From Deltaproteobacteria bacterium (GTDB lineage: Bacteria; Myxococcota_A; Polyangia; Haliangiales; SHYZ01), in contig JACQUZ010000126.1 in the NCBI GenBank assembly GCA_016210055.1, positions 33,586-97,585 on the forward strand: a stretch of 64,000 nucleotides of DNA. The letters run 5' to 3'. A program made the position numbers and the translations under genes. Positions 1-10,069 of this stretch are shown one piece after another. Positions within the stretch are counted from its first letter, which is position 1. Every line of letters begins with the position of its first letter. The notes below the pieces were generated by a model that worked only from the letters and a program-made list of their open reading frames with translations, was not told the origin of the DNA and made no database searches.

Positions 1-681
1 CTCGTCACCGCGCCGATTTCAAAGGCCCAGGCGCGCGCGGCTGGGTTCCCGTTTCCCGGTCACACCGAGTTCCTGGCGGCGCGGCTCGGAGCGGCCGAGC
101 ACGCCATGATGTTCGTCGGCCCGCGACTTCGCGTAGTGCTCTCGACCATCCATGTCCCGCTGGCCGAAGTTGGCCGCGCCTTGTCCTCCGAGGCTGTCGG
201 GCGCGCCATCTATCTCGGTGGACGATCGCTGGCCATGGATTTCGGCATCGACCAGCCGCGGATCGGCGTCGTGGCGCTCAACCCCCATGCCGGTGAGAGC
301 GGCTTGCTCGGTAACGAGGAGGAGCTGGTGATTTCCCCAGGCATGGTGATCGGCCGCTCCCGCCTCGAGCGGGAGGGGATCGCGGCTACCCTAGGCGGTC
401 CCTTGGTGCCCGACGCGGCATTCCGTGCTGCCGTCCATGGGGCATGGGACCTCCTCGTGGCCATGTACCACGATCAGGCGCTAATCCCAATCAAGCTGGT
501 GGATTTCGACTCGTCGGTGAACATGACACTTGGGCTTCCGATCGTGCGGACTTCGCCAGATCACGGCGTCGGCTACGACATCGCCGGGACCGGCGTCGCG
601 CGTCATGAGAGCTTCAAGGCCGCCCTCGACCTGGCGTTTACCCTTGCCGCCCACGTCGGCCGCATCTCCCACTCCGATTAG
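1..681 (+). CDS. pdxA: 4-hydroxythreonine-4-phosphate dehydrogenase PdxA, 5'-truncated at window edge
   Basis: Frame 1 is open from nt 1 (LVTAPISKAQARAAGFPFPGHTEFLA) and runs into ORF 106..681. Conserved PdxA blocks GHTEFL, NPHAGE, YHDQALIPIK and RTSPDHGV are present. Confidence 0.85.
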   Translation, partial: LVTAPISKAQARAAGFPFPGHTEFLAARLGAAEHAMMFVGPRLRVVLSTIHVPLAEVGRALSSEAVGRAIYLGGRSLAMDFGIDQPRIGVVALNPHAGESGLLGNEEELVISPGMVIGRSRLEREGIAATLGGPLVPDAAFRAAVHGAWDLLVAMYHDQALIPIKLVDFDSSVNMTLGLPIVRTSPDHGVGYDIAGTGVARHESFKAALDLAFTLAAHVGRISHSD

Positions 682-782
682 GCCTTATTTCCAAGGCGCA
701 TTTGATGTTACGATAAATTTGCCCCCGAGCGCGCAGAACCGCAGGTAGGGGGCTCAGGTGGTCTCCCTCGGGGCTGAGGCGA

Positions 783-3632
783 ATGGACAAGATCGTTGTA
801 AAAGGAGCGCGGGAACACAACCTCAAGAACATCGACGTGGAGATTCCACGCGATCAGCTCGTCGTCATCACGGGCCTCTCCGGTTCTGGAAAGTCGTCCC
901 TCGCGTTCGACACCATCTACGCCGAAGGACAGCGGCGTTACGTGGAGTCGCTCTCGGCATACGCCCGGCAGTTCCTCGAGCAGATGGCCAAGCCGGACAT
1001 CGATTCCATTGAGGGGCTTTCGCCGGCCATCTCGATCGAGCAGAAGACCACGTCGAGGAACCCTCGCTCCACGGTGGGAACGATCACCGAGATATACGAT
1101 TTCCTGCGTCTCCTCTACGCCAGGGTGGGAACGGTCCACTGCTGGTCCTGCGGGCAAAGGATCTCTTCCCAGACCGTGCAGCAGATGGTCGATCGGATCC
1201 TCGAGCTCCCCGCGGGCGCTCGGTTCTCGGTGCTCTCGCCCATGGTGCGGGATCGAAAAGGGGAGTACAGGCGTGAGCTCGAGCAGCTGAGAAAGGACGG
1301 CTACCACCGCATTGCGGTGGATGGAGAGCTGATCGATCTCACCGAATCGATTCCGAAGCTGGACAAGAACAAGAAACACACCATCGAGGTCTACATCGAT
1401 CGGCTCGTCCTGAAGGACGGCATCCGCCAGAGGCTGACCGACTCCGTGGAGCTCGCCCTCAGGCTCGCGGACGGAGTGTTGAAGGTGTCCTTCCTCGAGG
1501 GGGACGACATGATTTTCTCGGAGCGGTTCGCGTGTATCACGTGCGGGACGTCGTACCCCGAGATCACCCCCCGACTCTTCTCGTTCAACAACCCACACGG
1601 CGCTTGCCCAGCGTGCGACGGCATTGGCGCCAAGATGTTCTTTGACCCCGACCTGGTGGTGCCCAATGAGGACCTCTCGCTCAGGGAGGGCGCTATTGAG
1701 CCGTGGGAAAAGCGAAATGCCCCGTTCTTCCAGGGGATCCTCGAGTCCATCGCTGCGCATTTCCAGATCGACATGAACACTCCGTGGGCCAAGCTTCCTG
1801 CAGAGGCCCGAAAGGCCGTCCTGTTCGGCTCCAAGGGGGAAGAGATCGAGTTCTATTTCGAGAAGAACGGGCGTCGGCAGTCCTACAAGAAGGAGTTCGA
1901 AGGGGTCATCGCGAACTTGGAGCGTCGGCTCTCCGAATACGAGCGGCGCCGTCGCGAGGAAGGGCGAAACCTCGAGGAGTCGTTCGAGGCGGTCTACGAG
2001 GAGTTTCACCGGTACATGAACCGGACGCCTTGCGAGGAGTGCGATGGGACTCGCCTGCGCAAGGAGAGCCGGTTCGTGAAGGTCGGCGGCAAGACCATCA
2101 CCGAGGTGACCAGCCTGTCGATCCAGCACCTTCACTCCTTCTTCCAGTCCCTCGAGCTGGAGAAGAGAGAGAAGGAGATTGCCGACCGGATCTTGCGTGA
2201 GATCGTGGACCGAGTGGGCTTCCTGGTGAGCGTCGGCCTCGACTACTTGACGCTGGATAGACCCACGGGGACCCTCTCTGGTGGGGAGGCGCAGCGGATC
2301 CGGCTGGCCACGCAAATTGGCTCCTCCCTGGTCGGGGTGCTCTACATCCTAGACGAGCCTTCGATCGGCTTGCACCCGAGAGACCACACCCGTCTCCTCG
2401 AGACGCTCAGGCGCTTGCGAGATCTGGGAAACACGGTGCTCGTCGTGGAGCACGACGAGGAGACCATCCGCGCGGCCGACTACGTCTTGGACATGGGTCC
2501 GCGGGCAGGCGTTCACGGGGGGCGGATCGTGGCGTGCGGGACGCCCGACGAGATCCAGTCCTCGACGGCGTCGCTCACGGGCGCATACCTCTCGGGGCGT
2601 CGTTCCATCGTGGTGCCCAAGAACCGCCGGGTGCCGTCGCAGAAGTACATCACCGTGCGCGGGGCCGAGGCGAACAACCTCAGGAAGATCACGGTCCGAT
2701 TCCCGGTGGGCCTCCTCACGTGCGTGAGCGGCGTATCGGGATCCGGCAAGTCGACCTTGGTCATCGACACGCTTCTCCGGGCGCTGCAAGGGCGTCTCTA
2801 TCACTCCAAGTTGCCTGCCGGGGAGCATGCGGGCATCGACGGAGCGCAGCACATCGACAAGGTCATCGATATCGACCAGGCGCCCATCGGCCGCACGCCG
2901 CGATCGAACCCAGCGACCTACACCGGCCTGTTCACTCACATCCGCGACCTCTTCGCTGCGCTGCCGGAATCGAAGGCGCGCGGATACAAGGCAGGGCGGT
3001 ACTCGTTCAACGTGAAGGGCGGACGATGCGAGAGCTGCCAAGGGGACGGCATCTTGCGCATCGAGATGCACTTCCTCCCAGACATCTACGTGCAGTGCGA
3101 GCAGTGCGGTGGGCGAAGGTACAACCGCGAGACCCTGGAGGTGGAGTACAAGGGGATGAACATCGCGGACGTGCTCGACATGACGGTCGCCCAAGGGACG
3201 GAGTTCCTCGCGCACATCCCCAAGATCAAGCAGAAGCTGGAGACGCTTAGGGAGGTCGGCTGCGGCTACATCACGTTGGGGCAGTCGGCCACCACGTTGT
3301 CCGGCGGTGAGGCGCAGCGCATCAAGCTCTCGCGAGAGCTCGCCAAGAAGGCGACTGGGCGCACGCTCTACATCCTGGATGAGCCGACGACCGGCCTGCA
3401 TTTTGACGACATCAAGCAGCTCCTCGATGTGTTGCATCGCCTCGTCGAGCAGGGGAACACGGTCATCGTCATCGAGCACAACCTCGACGTGATTAAGACA
3501 TCGGATTATGTCATTGACCTAGGTCCCGAGGGTGGAGACGCCGGGGGGGCGGTTGTCGCGGTCGGTAGCCCCGAGGAGGTCGCCCGTTCCGCCCAATCGC
3601 ACACCGGGCGCTACTTGCGAAGGGTCCTTTAA
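783..3632 (+). CDS. uvrA: excinuclease ABC subunit A
   Basis: 949 aa. Two ABC modules ([14 protein letters not shown] and [10 protein letters not shown] Walker A; two LSGGEAQRI signatures). CxxC zinc modules ([25 protein letters not shown]). Typical UvrA length. Confidence 0.97.
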   Translation: MDKIVVKGAREHNLKNIDVEIPRDQLVVITGLSGSGKSSLAFDTIYAEGQRRYVESLSAYARQFLEQMAKPDIDSIEGLSPAISIEQKTTSRNPRSTVGTITEIYDFLRLLYARVGTVHCWSCGQRISSQTVQQMVDRILELPAGARFSVLSPMVRDRKGEYRRELEQLRKDGYHRIAVDGELIDLTESIPKLDKNKKHTIEVYIDRLVLKDGIRQRLTDSVELALRLADGVLKVSFLEGDDMIFSERFACITCGTSYPEITPRLFSFNNPHGACPACDGIGAKMFFDPDLVVPNEDLSLREGAIEPWEKRNAPFFQGILESIAAHFQIDMNTPWAKLPAEARKAVLFGSKGEEIEFYFEKNGRRQSYKKEFEGVIANLERRLSEYERRRREEGRNLEESFEAVYEEFHRYMNRTPCEECDGTRLRKESRFVKVGGKTITEVTSLSIQHLHSFFQSLELEKREKEIADRILREIVDRVGFLVSVGLDYLTLDRPTGTLSGGEAQRIRLATQIGSSLVGVLYILDEPSIGLHPRDHTRLLETLRRLRDLGNTVLVVEHDEETIRAADYVLDMGPRAGVHGGRIVACGTPDEIQSSTASLTGAYLSGRRSIVVPKNRRVPSQKYITVRGAEANNLRKITVRFPVGLLTCVSGVSGSGKSTLVIDTLLRALQGRLYHSKLPAGEHAGIDGAQHIDKVIDIDQAPIGRTPRSNPATYTGLFTHIRDLFAALPESKARGYKAGRYSFNVKGGRCESCQGDGILRIEMHFLPDIYVQCEQCGGRRYNRETLEVEYKGMNIADVLDMTVAQGTEFLAHIPKIKQKLETLREVGCGYITLGQSATTLSGGEAQRIKLSRELAKKATGRTLYILDEPTTGLHFDDIKQLLDVLHRLVEQGNTVIVIEHNLDVIKTSDYVIDLGPEGGDAGGAVVAVGSPEEVARSAQSHTGRYLRRVL

Positions 3633-3641
3633 CGAGTTGGC

Positions 3642-4388
3642 ATGATCCGATTTCAGGGATTGGAGAAGCGTTTCGCGGATGTCCGTGTGCTCACGGGGAT
3701 CTCGCTCGAGGTCAGCCAGGGGGAAATCTACGGGCTCATTGGCCCGAACGGGGCAGGGAAGACGACCACGTTCCGGATCGCGGCCGGGCTCCTTCGCCCC
3801 ACTGCCGGCACCGTGCAGGTGGCCGGCGTGGACGTCGCCGCTGCCCCCGAGCAGGCGAAAGCTCGACTCGGGTTCTCCACTGGCTCGGCTGGCCTCTATG
3901 GACGACTCACGGCGCGGGAGCAGCTCGAGTACTTCGGCGAGCTGCACCGCATGTCCGCAGCGCGGCTTCGGCAGCGAATCGACGAGGTGGCAGAGGCGCT
4001 GGACCTGGGTCGCCTGCTCGACCGTCGCTGCGAAAGGCTATCTACCGGCGAAAAGCAACGCGTCGCCATCGCCCGGGCCATGCTGCACGATCCGCCCGTG
4101 CTCATCCTCGACGAGCCCACGTCCGGACTCGATGTGCTCGCGGGCCGTTTCCTTCGTGACTACGTGCTTAGGGCGCGCGACCAAGGGAAGGCCATCCTTT
4201 TCTCCTCCCACTACCTCGCCGAGGCGGAGCTCTTGTGCGATAGGGTTGGCTTCCTGCACAAGGGTAGCCTGGTGAGGGAAGGGCGTCCTCTTGACCTAAA
4301 GACCGAGCTCGAGGCGGCGACCCTCGAGGAGACGTTCCTCAAGCTGATCGCTGGGGCTTCGTCGTCCCCAGGCCCGGCTTCACCATGA
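3642..4388 (+). CDS. ABC transporter ATP-binding protein (NatA/ABC-2 type)
   Basis: Walker [10 protein letters not shown], signature LSTGEKQR, Walker [12 protein letters not shown]. Its stop overlaps the next start (ATGA at 4385-4388). Confidence 0.9.
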   Translation: MIRFQGLEKRFADVRVLTGISLEVSQGEIYGLIGPNGAGKTTTFRIAAGLLRPTAGTVQVAGVDVAAAPEQAKARLGFSTGSAGLYGRLTAREQLEYFGELHRMSAARLRQRIDEVAEALDLGRLLDRRCERLSTGEKQRVAIARAMLHDPPVLILDEPTSGLDVLAGRFLRDYVLRARDQGKAILFSSHYLAEAELLCDRVGFLHKGSLVREGRPLDLKTELEAATLEETFLKLIAGASSSPGPASP

Positions 4389-6463
4389 CCGTGCGGGACG
4401 TCCTCACGGTCTACCGCAAGGAGCTCCGGGAGACGCTTCGCGATCGGCGGACACTGGCCGTCATGATCCTCTTGCCCCTCGTCCTGTACCCGATCACGAC
4501 CGTGGTGATGTCCGAATGGTTTCTTTCGCGTGAAATGGCGAGGCAAGCCCGGAGCTCGCGGGTGGAGCTCTGGGGGCAACCCGACGATACTCGGTCTCTC
4601 GAAGAGTCCTTTCATGCGAGCGATCTCATCTCGCTCGAGGTGCATGGCGAGCCTCTCCCCAAGTCACCACCCCCTGCCTCGCGCCTCAAGGACGCCGACG
4701 TCATCATCGACGTGCCAGGTGGGTTCAAGAGCGACATGGCGAGCGGCCGCTCCGTGGCGATCGAGGTCTATTTCGACGGAGCACGTGACGACTCGGAGCT
4801 CGGCCGATCCCGCGCCGAGGAGATCCTCGCCAAGTTCGGCGAGGCGGAGAGGAGCAGGCGCCTGGCCGATCGCGGGCTGGACCCCGGCCTCACCGTGCCG
4901 GTCACGCAGATCTCCATCAACGTCGCGTCCAAGGCGCAGCTCGGGCGGGCCGAGCTTGCCAAGACAATTCCCTTCTTCGTGGTCCTGATGGCGCTCCTCG
5001 GCTCCTTTTACCCAGCCATCGATCTGACCGCTGGCGAAAAGGAGCGAGGCACCCTCGAGTCCCTTCTGGCCACGCCCATGTCCCGGAAGGCCATCGTCGC
5101 GGGGAAGTACCTGACCGTGTCGACGATTTCGGCCTTGACCGCGCTCCTCAACGTGATCTGCGTGGCCGTGTCCGCCCTTTGGATTGCCCGCGTCGCGGCG
5201 CAAGCCGGCGGCGATGTCCTGTCCATGCCGAGCGTGGTTCAGGCCGTGCCGTGGGTCGCAGTATCCCTGGCGCTCCTTGGGCTCCTGGGCGCGACGTTAT
5301 TGTTTTCCGGCATCATGATGGCAATTGCTGCCCTTGCCCGAAACTTCAAGGAAGCACAAAACTTCCTCACCCCCGTGCACATGGTGTTGTCGGTCCCGGC
5401 CATGGCCGCTTTTCTCCCCGGAACGCAGCTCGACCTTGGCAACGCGCTCATGCCCGTCGCCAACGTGACCCTTCTCATCAAGGGGGCGATTTCGGGCCAC
5501 CTCGAGGCGGGGCCCACCGCGCTCGCGCTCGTCGTGATCCTGGTCCTCGCGGTGGGCTCCATGCTGCTCGCTGCTCGGGTATTCGACAGTGAGCGCCTGC
5601 TCTTCGCCCCCGACGACCCCGAGGTAAAGGGGAACATGCGTCGCTGGTTACGACGCATGATAGGACTCCGCTCGAAGCCCGAGGGTGAGGCTCCTCCCGA
5701 GCTCCTCCCTGCCGAGGCGCTCGCCCTATACGGGCTCGTCCTGGTGCTGATGATCTCGATCGGGACCGGCCTGCAGGGGAATGGACTGTGGGGCTTGGCC
5801 TGGTCCCAGTGGCTGCTCGTCGCCATGCCGACGCTGCTCCTCGCGCGGCTCCGCGGTGGCGTGAAGGAGTGCCTTTCCGTAAGGGCTCCGACGCCACGAC
5901 ATCTCCTGGGAGCGGTGCTGTGCGGTGGATCCGCGTGGTACGTCTTGGGCTGGGCGATCCTGCCGCTCCAGGAGTACTTGGCGCCGACGCCCAAGGAGCT
6001 CAGCGAGTCGCTCGAGCAGCTCATCGCGCCCGATGGGGAGTCCCTCTGGCTCATGTTCTTCGCCGTGTCGATCACTCCTGCGTTTTGCGAGGAGCTGCTT
6101 TGTCGCGGGGCCCTGCTCAGGGCATTTCGGGGCACGCTGGGCGCGTCTTTTGCGGTCTTGGTGTCGGCGCTGCTCTTTTCCGCCCTTCACATGTCGGCGT
6201 ACCGATTTGTCCCGACGTTTCTTCTCGGGCTTCTGCTCGGTTTCTCGGCGATCCGCTCGGGCTCCCTCGTGCCGGCCATCACGATCCACGCGCTGAACAA
6301 CGGCGCCGTGGTGCTGCTCCAGACCCATTCCGGTCAGTCCGTGCGGACGTTGCTCGAGGAGCACTCGCATTCCTTCGGGTTTCTGTCGCTCGGATGCTTT
6401 TTCCTCGGCCTCCGCCTGATGACTGGACGAGAGACAGGAATACGCAGGTTGCCCGGAAGGTAA
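4385..6463 (+). CDS. ABC-2 (NatB-like) membrane permease fused to a C-terminal CPBP/CAAX-type intramembrane protease domain
   Basis: The N-terminal ~420 aa has one TM, a large loop, the EKERGTLESLLATPMSR block typical of NatB/ABC2_membrane_3, and multiple TMs. The C-terminal ~250 aa carries the CPBP motifs EELLCRG (EExxxR), FSALH (FxxxH) and HALNN (HxxxN). Confidence 0.8.
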   Translation: MTVRDVLTVYRKELRETLRDRRTLAVMILLPLVLYPITTVVMSEWFLSREMARQARSSRVELWGQPDDTRSLEESFHASDLISLEVHGEPLPKSPPPASRLKDADVIIDVPGGFKSDMASGRSVAIEVYFDGARDDSELGRSRAEEILAKFGEAERSRRLADRGLDPGLTVPVTQISINVASKAQLGRAELAKTIPFFVVLMALLGSFYPAIDLTAGEKERGTLESLLATPMSRKAIVAGKYLTVSTISALTALLNVICVAVSALWIARVAAQAGGDVLSMPSVVQAVPWVAVSLALLGLLGATLLFSGIMMAIAALARNFKEAQNFLTPVHMVLSVPAMAAFLPGTQLDLGNALMPVANVTLLIKGAISGHLEAGPTALALVVILVLAVGSMLLAARVFDSERLLFAPDDPEVKGNMRRWLRRMIGLRSKPEGEAPPELLPAEALALYGLVLVLMISIGTGLQGNGLWGLAWSQWLLVAMPTLLLARLRGGVKECLSVRAPTPRHLLGAVLCGGSAWYVLGWAILPLQEYLAPTPKELSESLEQLIAPDGESLWLMFFAVSITPAFCEELLCRGALLRAFRGTLGASFAVLVSALLFSALHMSAYRFVPTFLLGLLLGFSAIRSGSLVPAITIHALNNGAVVLLQTHSGQSVRTLLEEHSHSFGFLSLGCFFLGLRLMTGRETGIRRLPGR

Positions 6464-6512
6464 GGATCGCTACTGTATTGCCGGGGAATGCAAGCGGTGA
6501 TACATTTGCGAC

Positions 6513-7202
6513 GTGCATGACGAAAAGCGGGTCCTCTGGTACCTGAAGAAGGTACCCATCTTTTCCGATTTAGGGGCCGAGGCACTTACGCGGCTGGCAG
6601 AGAAGGTGGAACTGCGGGAGATCCAGCGCCGCCACGTGATCTACCTGCCGGGAGACCCTGGTTCTTCAGTCTTCATCCTGAACGGTGGGCGAGTGAAGGT
6701 CTCCAAGGTCACGCGTGACGGCAAGGAGCTCACGCTCCTTTATTGCGTTCCGGGAGACGTATTCGGCGAGCAATGCATGATCGACGGCGCTCCACGCCAG
6801 GAGATGGCCGAGGCCGTGGAGAACGCGCTGATCACGGTGATGGACCGAGGCGACTTCGAGCGCCTCGTTGCGCAGCACGCCCAGCTCGGCCTGAAACTGG
6901 TTCGCATCCTGGCGATGCGGCGGTTGGAGCTCGAGGCCAAGATAGAGAACCTCATTTTCAAGGACGTGAATTCGAAGCTCGCGGACTTGCTCTTGCGCCT
7001 GTGCGACGAGCACGGCGTCGAGGACATGCGCGGCACCCTGGTCGCGCTCAAGATCACCCACCAGGAGATGGCCAACCTGATTGGATCTACCCGAGAGACC
7101 GTCTCTTTGACCTTGGCTCAGTTCAAGCGGAAGGGGCTCATCCACACCGATGGGCGCAAGGTCATCGTCAGCGATCGGGAGGCGCTGCGCGCCCTGGCGT
7201 AA
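6513..7202 (+). CDS. Crp/Fnr family transcriptional regulator
   Basis: 229 aa. N-terminal cNMP-binding beta-roll (GDPGSSVFILNGGRVKV..GDVFGE). C-terminal HTH (THQEMANLIGSTRETVSLTLAQFKRKGLI). Confidence 0.85.
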   Translation: MHDEKRVLWYLKKVPIFSDLGAEALTRLAEKVELREIQRRHVIYLPGDPGSSVFILNGGRVKVSKVTRDGKELTLLYCVPGDVFGEQCMIDGAPRQEMAEAVENALITVMDRGDFERLVAQHAQLGLKLVRILAMRRLELEAKIENLIFKDVNSKLADLLLRLCDEHGVEDMRGTLVALKITHQEMANLIGSTRETVSLTLAQFKRKGLIHTDGRKVIVSDREALRALA

Positions 7203-7208
7203 CGAGGC

Positions 7209-8363
7209 CTATTCACAGAAATCGCCGTCTAGGCTGCACGCCTTGTCCATGAGGCGCTTGGCGAGCTCCGTGTCCTTGGGCACGCCCTTTCCTTGGGTGT
7301 AGATCTGTGCGGCACCGTGGCATCCAACAGCGCTCTTCGCGTCGCACGCCTTCCTAAAGAGGGTCGCAGCACGGGCGGGCTTGCGGGTCTCATAGCGCTT
7401 GGCCAGGCTCAGGCAGATCTCGCCATTCTTGGCCTCTTCACACGTCTCGCTGTAGAGAGTCTCGACGCGCCTCTCCAGCTCCGAGGCGCGGGCTTCGTCT
7501 CTTGGCACCCGAGTCCCGGCGGCAAAAAACGAAGCGAGGACCAGGCAACTGTCCGCCTCGCCGCGGTCGCATTCCATCTCGTACCGGGTGACCGAGCGCT
7601 CGCCGTCTGCTTCCATGAGGCGTGCGAGGCTCTTGCAAGCGTCCATGTGGCCCGCGGTGCAGGCACGGCGGAATAGCGCCAACGCGAGAGCCCGCGCGGC
7701 CTCGTTGCCCTTGGACGAGCTCTCGCTCGTCATGGCAAGTGAAGCGCAGCCGCTCATGTTTCCGAGCTTGCACGCCTTTTCGAAAATGGAACGCTGATCG
7801 ATGCTCGATTGCGCGCTCACGTCGGGCGCCGCTGGACCCGCGGCAGGCGACCCAGAGGCCCCTTTAGAGCCCCCCCGACCACCCGATCGACCGAGGCCAC
7901 GCGTGCCACCGCCGGCCGACCCTGCGCCCGGCCTCGAGCTCATGGCCCGGACAAACAGCTCGCGCGCCTTGGCGGGATCGGGCGCAACGCCCATTCCACG
8001 TTCAAACATGACGGCGACACTCATGCAGCCGAGGGAGTGTCCCTTTTCACAGGCTTTCGTGTAGAACGCCATGGCCTGCTGGTAGATGGTGTTCCGAAGA
8101 GGCCCGTCGATTCGGCTCGCCCTCGACTCGAGCTCGGTCCCTGCCCTGATGCACGCATCCCGATCGCCGCTCCCACAAGCCTTGGGATCGTCTGGCTCGT
8201 TCTTCTGGGCGTAAGCTGGGGCCGGCACCACCTTGGCGGGCGGGCAGCAGCCGTAGACGTCCTGGAATGGCCTAGGACAGTCACGGTTGCACGACTGCGC
8301 GTGCGCCCAGGGAGCCACGTACATGCAGCCAAATACCAACGCCGAGGGCAGCCACCCGCGCAC
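7209..8363 (-). CDS. secreted Sel1-like repeat (SLR/Hcp-like) cysteine-rich protein
   Basis: Repeated A-x-x-x-F-x-K-A-C-x-x-G-x-x-x-G-C units (KACEKGHSLGC, KACKLGNMSGC, RACTAGHMDAC, KACDAKSAVGC) ending in GKGVPKD. An internal Gly/Ser-rich linker is present. The ORF track starts at 8447, but a GTG at 8363 (VRGWLPSALVFGCMYVAPWAHAQ signal-like) avoids a 50-nt overlap with nadE. The start is uncertain. Confidence 0.7.
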   Translation of the reverse strand: MRGWLPSALVFGCMYVAPWAHAQSCNRDCPRPFQDVYGCCPPAKVVPAPAYAQKNEPDDPKACGSGDRDACIRAGTELESRASRIDGPLRNTIYQQAMAFYTKACEKGHSLGCMSVAVMFERGMGVAPDPAKARELFVRAMSSRPGAGSAGGGTRGLGRSGGRGGSKGASGSPAAGPAAPDVSAQSSIDQRSIFEKACKLGNMSGCASLAMTSESSSKGNEAARALALALFRRACTAGHMDACKSLARLMEADGERSVTRYEMECDRGEADSCLVLASFFAAGTRVPRDEARASELERRVETLYSETCEEAKNGEICLSLAKRYETRKPARAATLFRKACDAKSAVGCHGAAQIYTQGKGVPKDTELAKRLMDKACSLDGDFCE

Positions 8364-8397
8364 GTTCCTCGATCTTGCTCTTCCGCCTGCCCAGGTG

Positions 8398-10047
8398 TCA
8401 ATTGCCGCGCCATCTCTGCGCGATGGGCATCCTTCTCCCCGGGCCAAAGGCCTTGGACGTGAGCTTCAATCCAGGGGCCGCCTGCCTCCGCTTGTACTCG
8501 TTCACCCGCACCATGCGGAGCACGTCATTGACAATGCTGGGGTCAAAGCCGCGAGCCACGATATCGGGTGCTTCGAGCTGTTCCTCGACGTGGAGCTCCA
8601 GCACCTGGTCGAGGATGTCGTAGGGAGGCAGCAAGTCCTGATCGACTTGTCCAGGGCGAAGCTCGGCGCTCGGTGGCTTGGTCAGCGTGCTCTCCGGGAT
8701 CACCACGCGCCCTGCCTGTTCATTGACCTTGCGTGCCAGGCGATAAACCATCGTCTTGGGCACGTCGCTGATGACGGCGAGACCGCCTGCCATGTCGCCG
8801 TACAGCGTGCAGTAGCCGACCGCGAGCTCGCTCTTGTTGCCGGTGGTCAGGAGCAAGTGACCGAACTTGTTCGAAAGGGCCATGAGGATCACGCCGCGGC
8901 AGCGCGCCTGGATGTTTTCTTCGGCTACTCCCGGCGCAGTCCCCTTGAATGCTGGCGCGAGGGCGTCCAAGAACGCCGAAAAGGGGCCCTCAATGGGAAT
9001 CGTCTCGAACGCGATGCCCAGGTGGCGAGCGAGCTCCTCAGCGTCGTCTTTAGAGTGCTGCGACGAGAAGCGCGACGGCATGGAGACGCCCAGCACGTTC
9101 TTTGGGCCGAGCGCGCGAACCGCGATGCTGGCCACGAGGGCCGAGTCGACGCCACCCGAAAGCCCGATCACCGCGGAACGAAAGCCGCACTTGTGGGCGT
9201 AGTCTCGCGTCCCCATCACCAGCGCGTCGAGCGCGGCTTCCGTGTCGTCCTTGAGGTCGCGTATCGCGCCCGTGCCCTGGGCAAGATCCACGATGACCAA
9301 GTCCTCCTCGAACTCGCGGGCGCGGGCGATAATCGTTCCACTCGCGTCAAAGGCTAGGGAGTGCCCATCGAACAAGAGGTCGTCGTTTCCTCCGACCTGA
9401 TTCACGAAAACGAGGGGCCGTCGGTGCTTTCTCGCCTGCGCTGCGAGCATTCGAGGTCTCAGCGTGCGCTTGTCCATCGTGAACGGCGAGGCCGAGATGT
9501 TGAGGAGCACCTCCGCGCCCCGCTCGACCAGGGTGGCAATCGGGTCGAGCGGGTAGAGGCGCAGCTTCCAGAAGTCGGGATCGTTCCAGATGTCTTCACA
9601 GATCGAGAGCCCCATGCGACGTCCCATCACCGCTACGGGGACAACGTCCGCGAGGAGCGCGGGCTCGAAGTGGCGGTGCTCGTCGAAAACGTCATAGGTC
9701 GGAAGGAGCGCCTTGTGGTGAATGGAGACTACCTTGCCTCCTCCCACCAGCGCTGCCGCGTTGTAGATGCGCCGGCCCACTGTCCTCGTGGGATCGTGAT
9801 CCACGAAGCCGACGATGGTGTGGATCGAGGCGCGCTGCGCCACCTCTTCGAGCGCAGCCTTCCCCGCAGAGACAAACCGATCTCGCTCAAGGAGGTCCTT
9901 GGGTGGGTACCCGCACAGGGACAGCTCACTGGTCACTGCCAGGTCGGCGCCAAGCGCCTTGGCCTTCTCCACCGAGGAGAGGATCTTCTCGACATTCCCC
10001 TGGTAGTCGCCGACGACGAAGTTGCGCTGGATCATGCCGATCTTCAT
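8398..10047 (-). CDS. nadE: glutamine-dependent NAD+ synthetase
   Basis: 549 aa. N-terminal CN-hydrolase (nitrilase-like) domain, then a C-terminal NAD synthetase PP-loop (GLSGGVDSALV). Size fits the fused NadE type. Confidence 0.93.
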   Translation of the reverse strand: MKIGMIQRNFVVGDYQGNVEKILSSVEKAKALGADLAVTSELSLCGYPPKDLLERDRFVSAGKAALEEVAQRASIHTIVGFVDHDPTRTVGRRIYNAAALVGGGKVVSIHHKALLPTYDVFDEHRHFEPALLADVVPVAVMGRRMGLSICEDIWNDPDFWKLRLYPLDPIATLVERGAEVLLNISASPFTMDKRTLRPRMLAAQARKHRRPLVFVNQVGGNDDLLFDGHSLAFDASGTIIARAREFEEDLVIVDLAQGTGAIRDLKDDTEAALDALVMGTRDYAHKCGFRSAVIGLSGGVDSALVASIAVRALGPKNVLGVSMPSRFSSQHSKDDAEELARHLGIAFETIPIEGPFSAFLDALAPAFKGTAPGVAEENIQARCRGVILMALSNKFGHLLLTTGNKSELAVGYCTLYGDMAGGLAVISDVPKTMVYRLARKVNEQAGRVVIPESTLTKPPSAELRPGQVDQDLLPPYDILDQVLELHVEEQLEAPDIVARGFDPSIVNDVLRMVRVNEYKRRQAAPGLKLTSKAFGPGRRMPIAQRWRGN

Positions 10048-10069
10048 GCAGGCGGCATTGTATCAGCGC

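Noticed and set aside
682-782. LexA/SOS box upstream of uvrA
   Set aside because: No palindromic motif matching any LexA consensus I know (CTGT-N8-ACAG, CGAAC-N4-GTTCG, or the myxobacterial or Geobacter variants) is visible.
708-2315. 535-aa ORF antisense to uvrA
   Set aside because: It lies entirely within the strongly supported uvrA CDS on the opposite strand. The product is low-complexity with no motifs, which is a typical high-GC antisense ORF. The same applies to 2349..3479, 8287..9357, 9361..10167, 10880..11746, 26829..28112, 28399..29385, 30728..31621, 34726..35646, 53741..54664 and 59809..61101.
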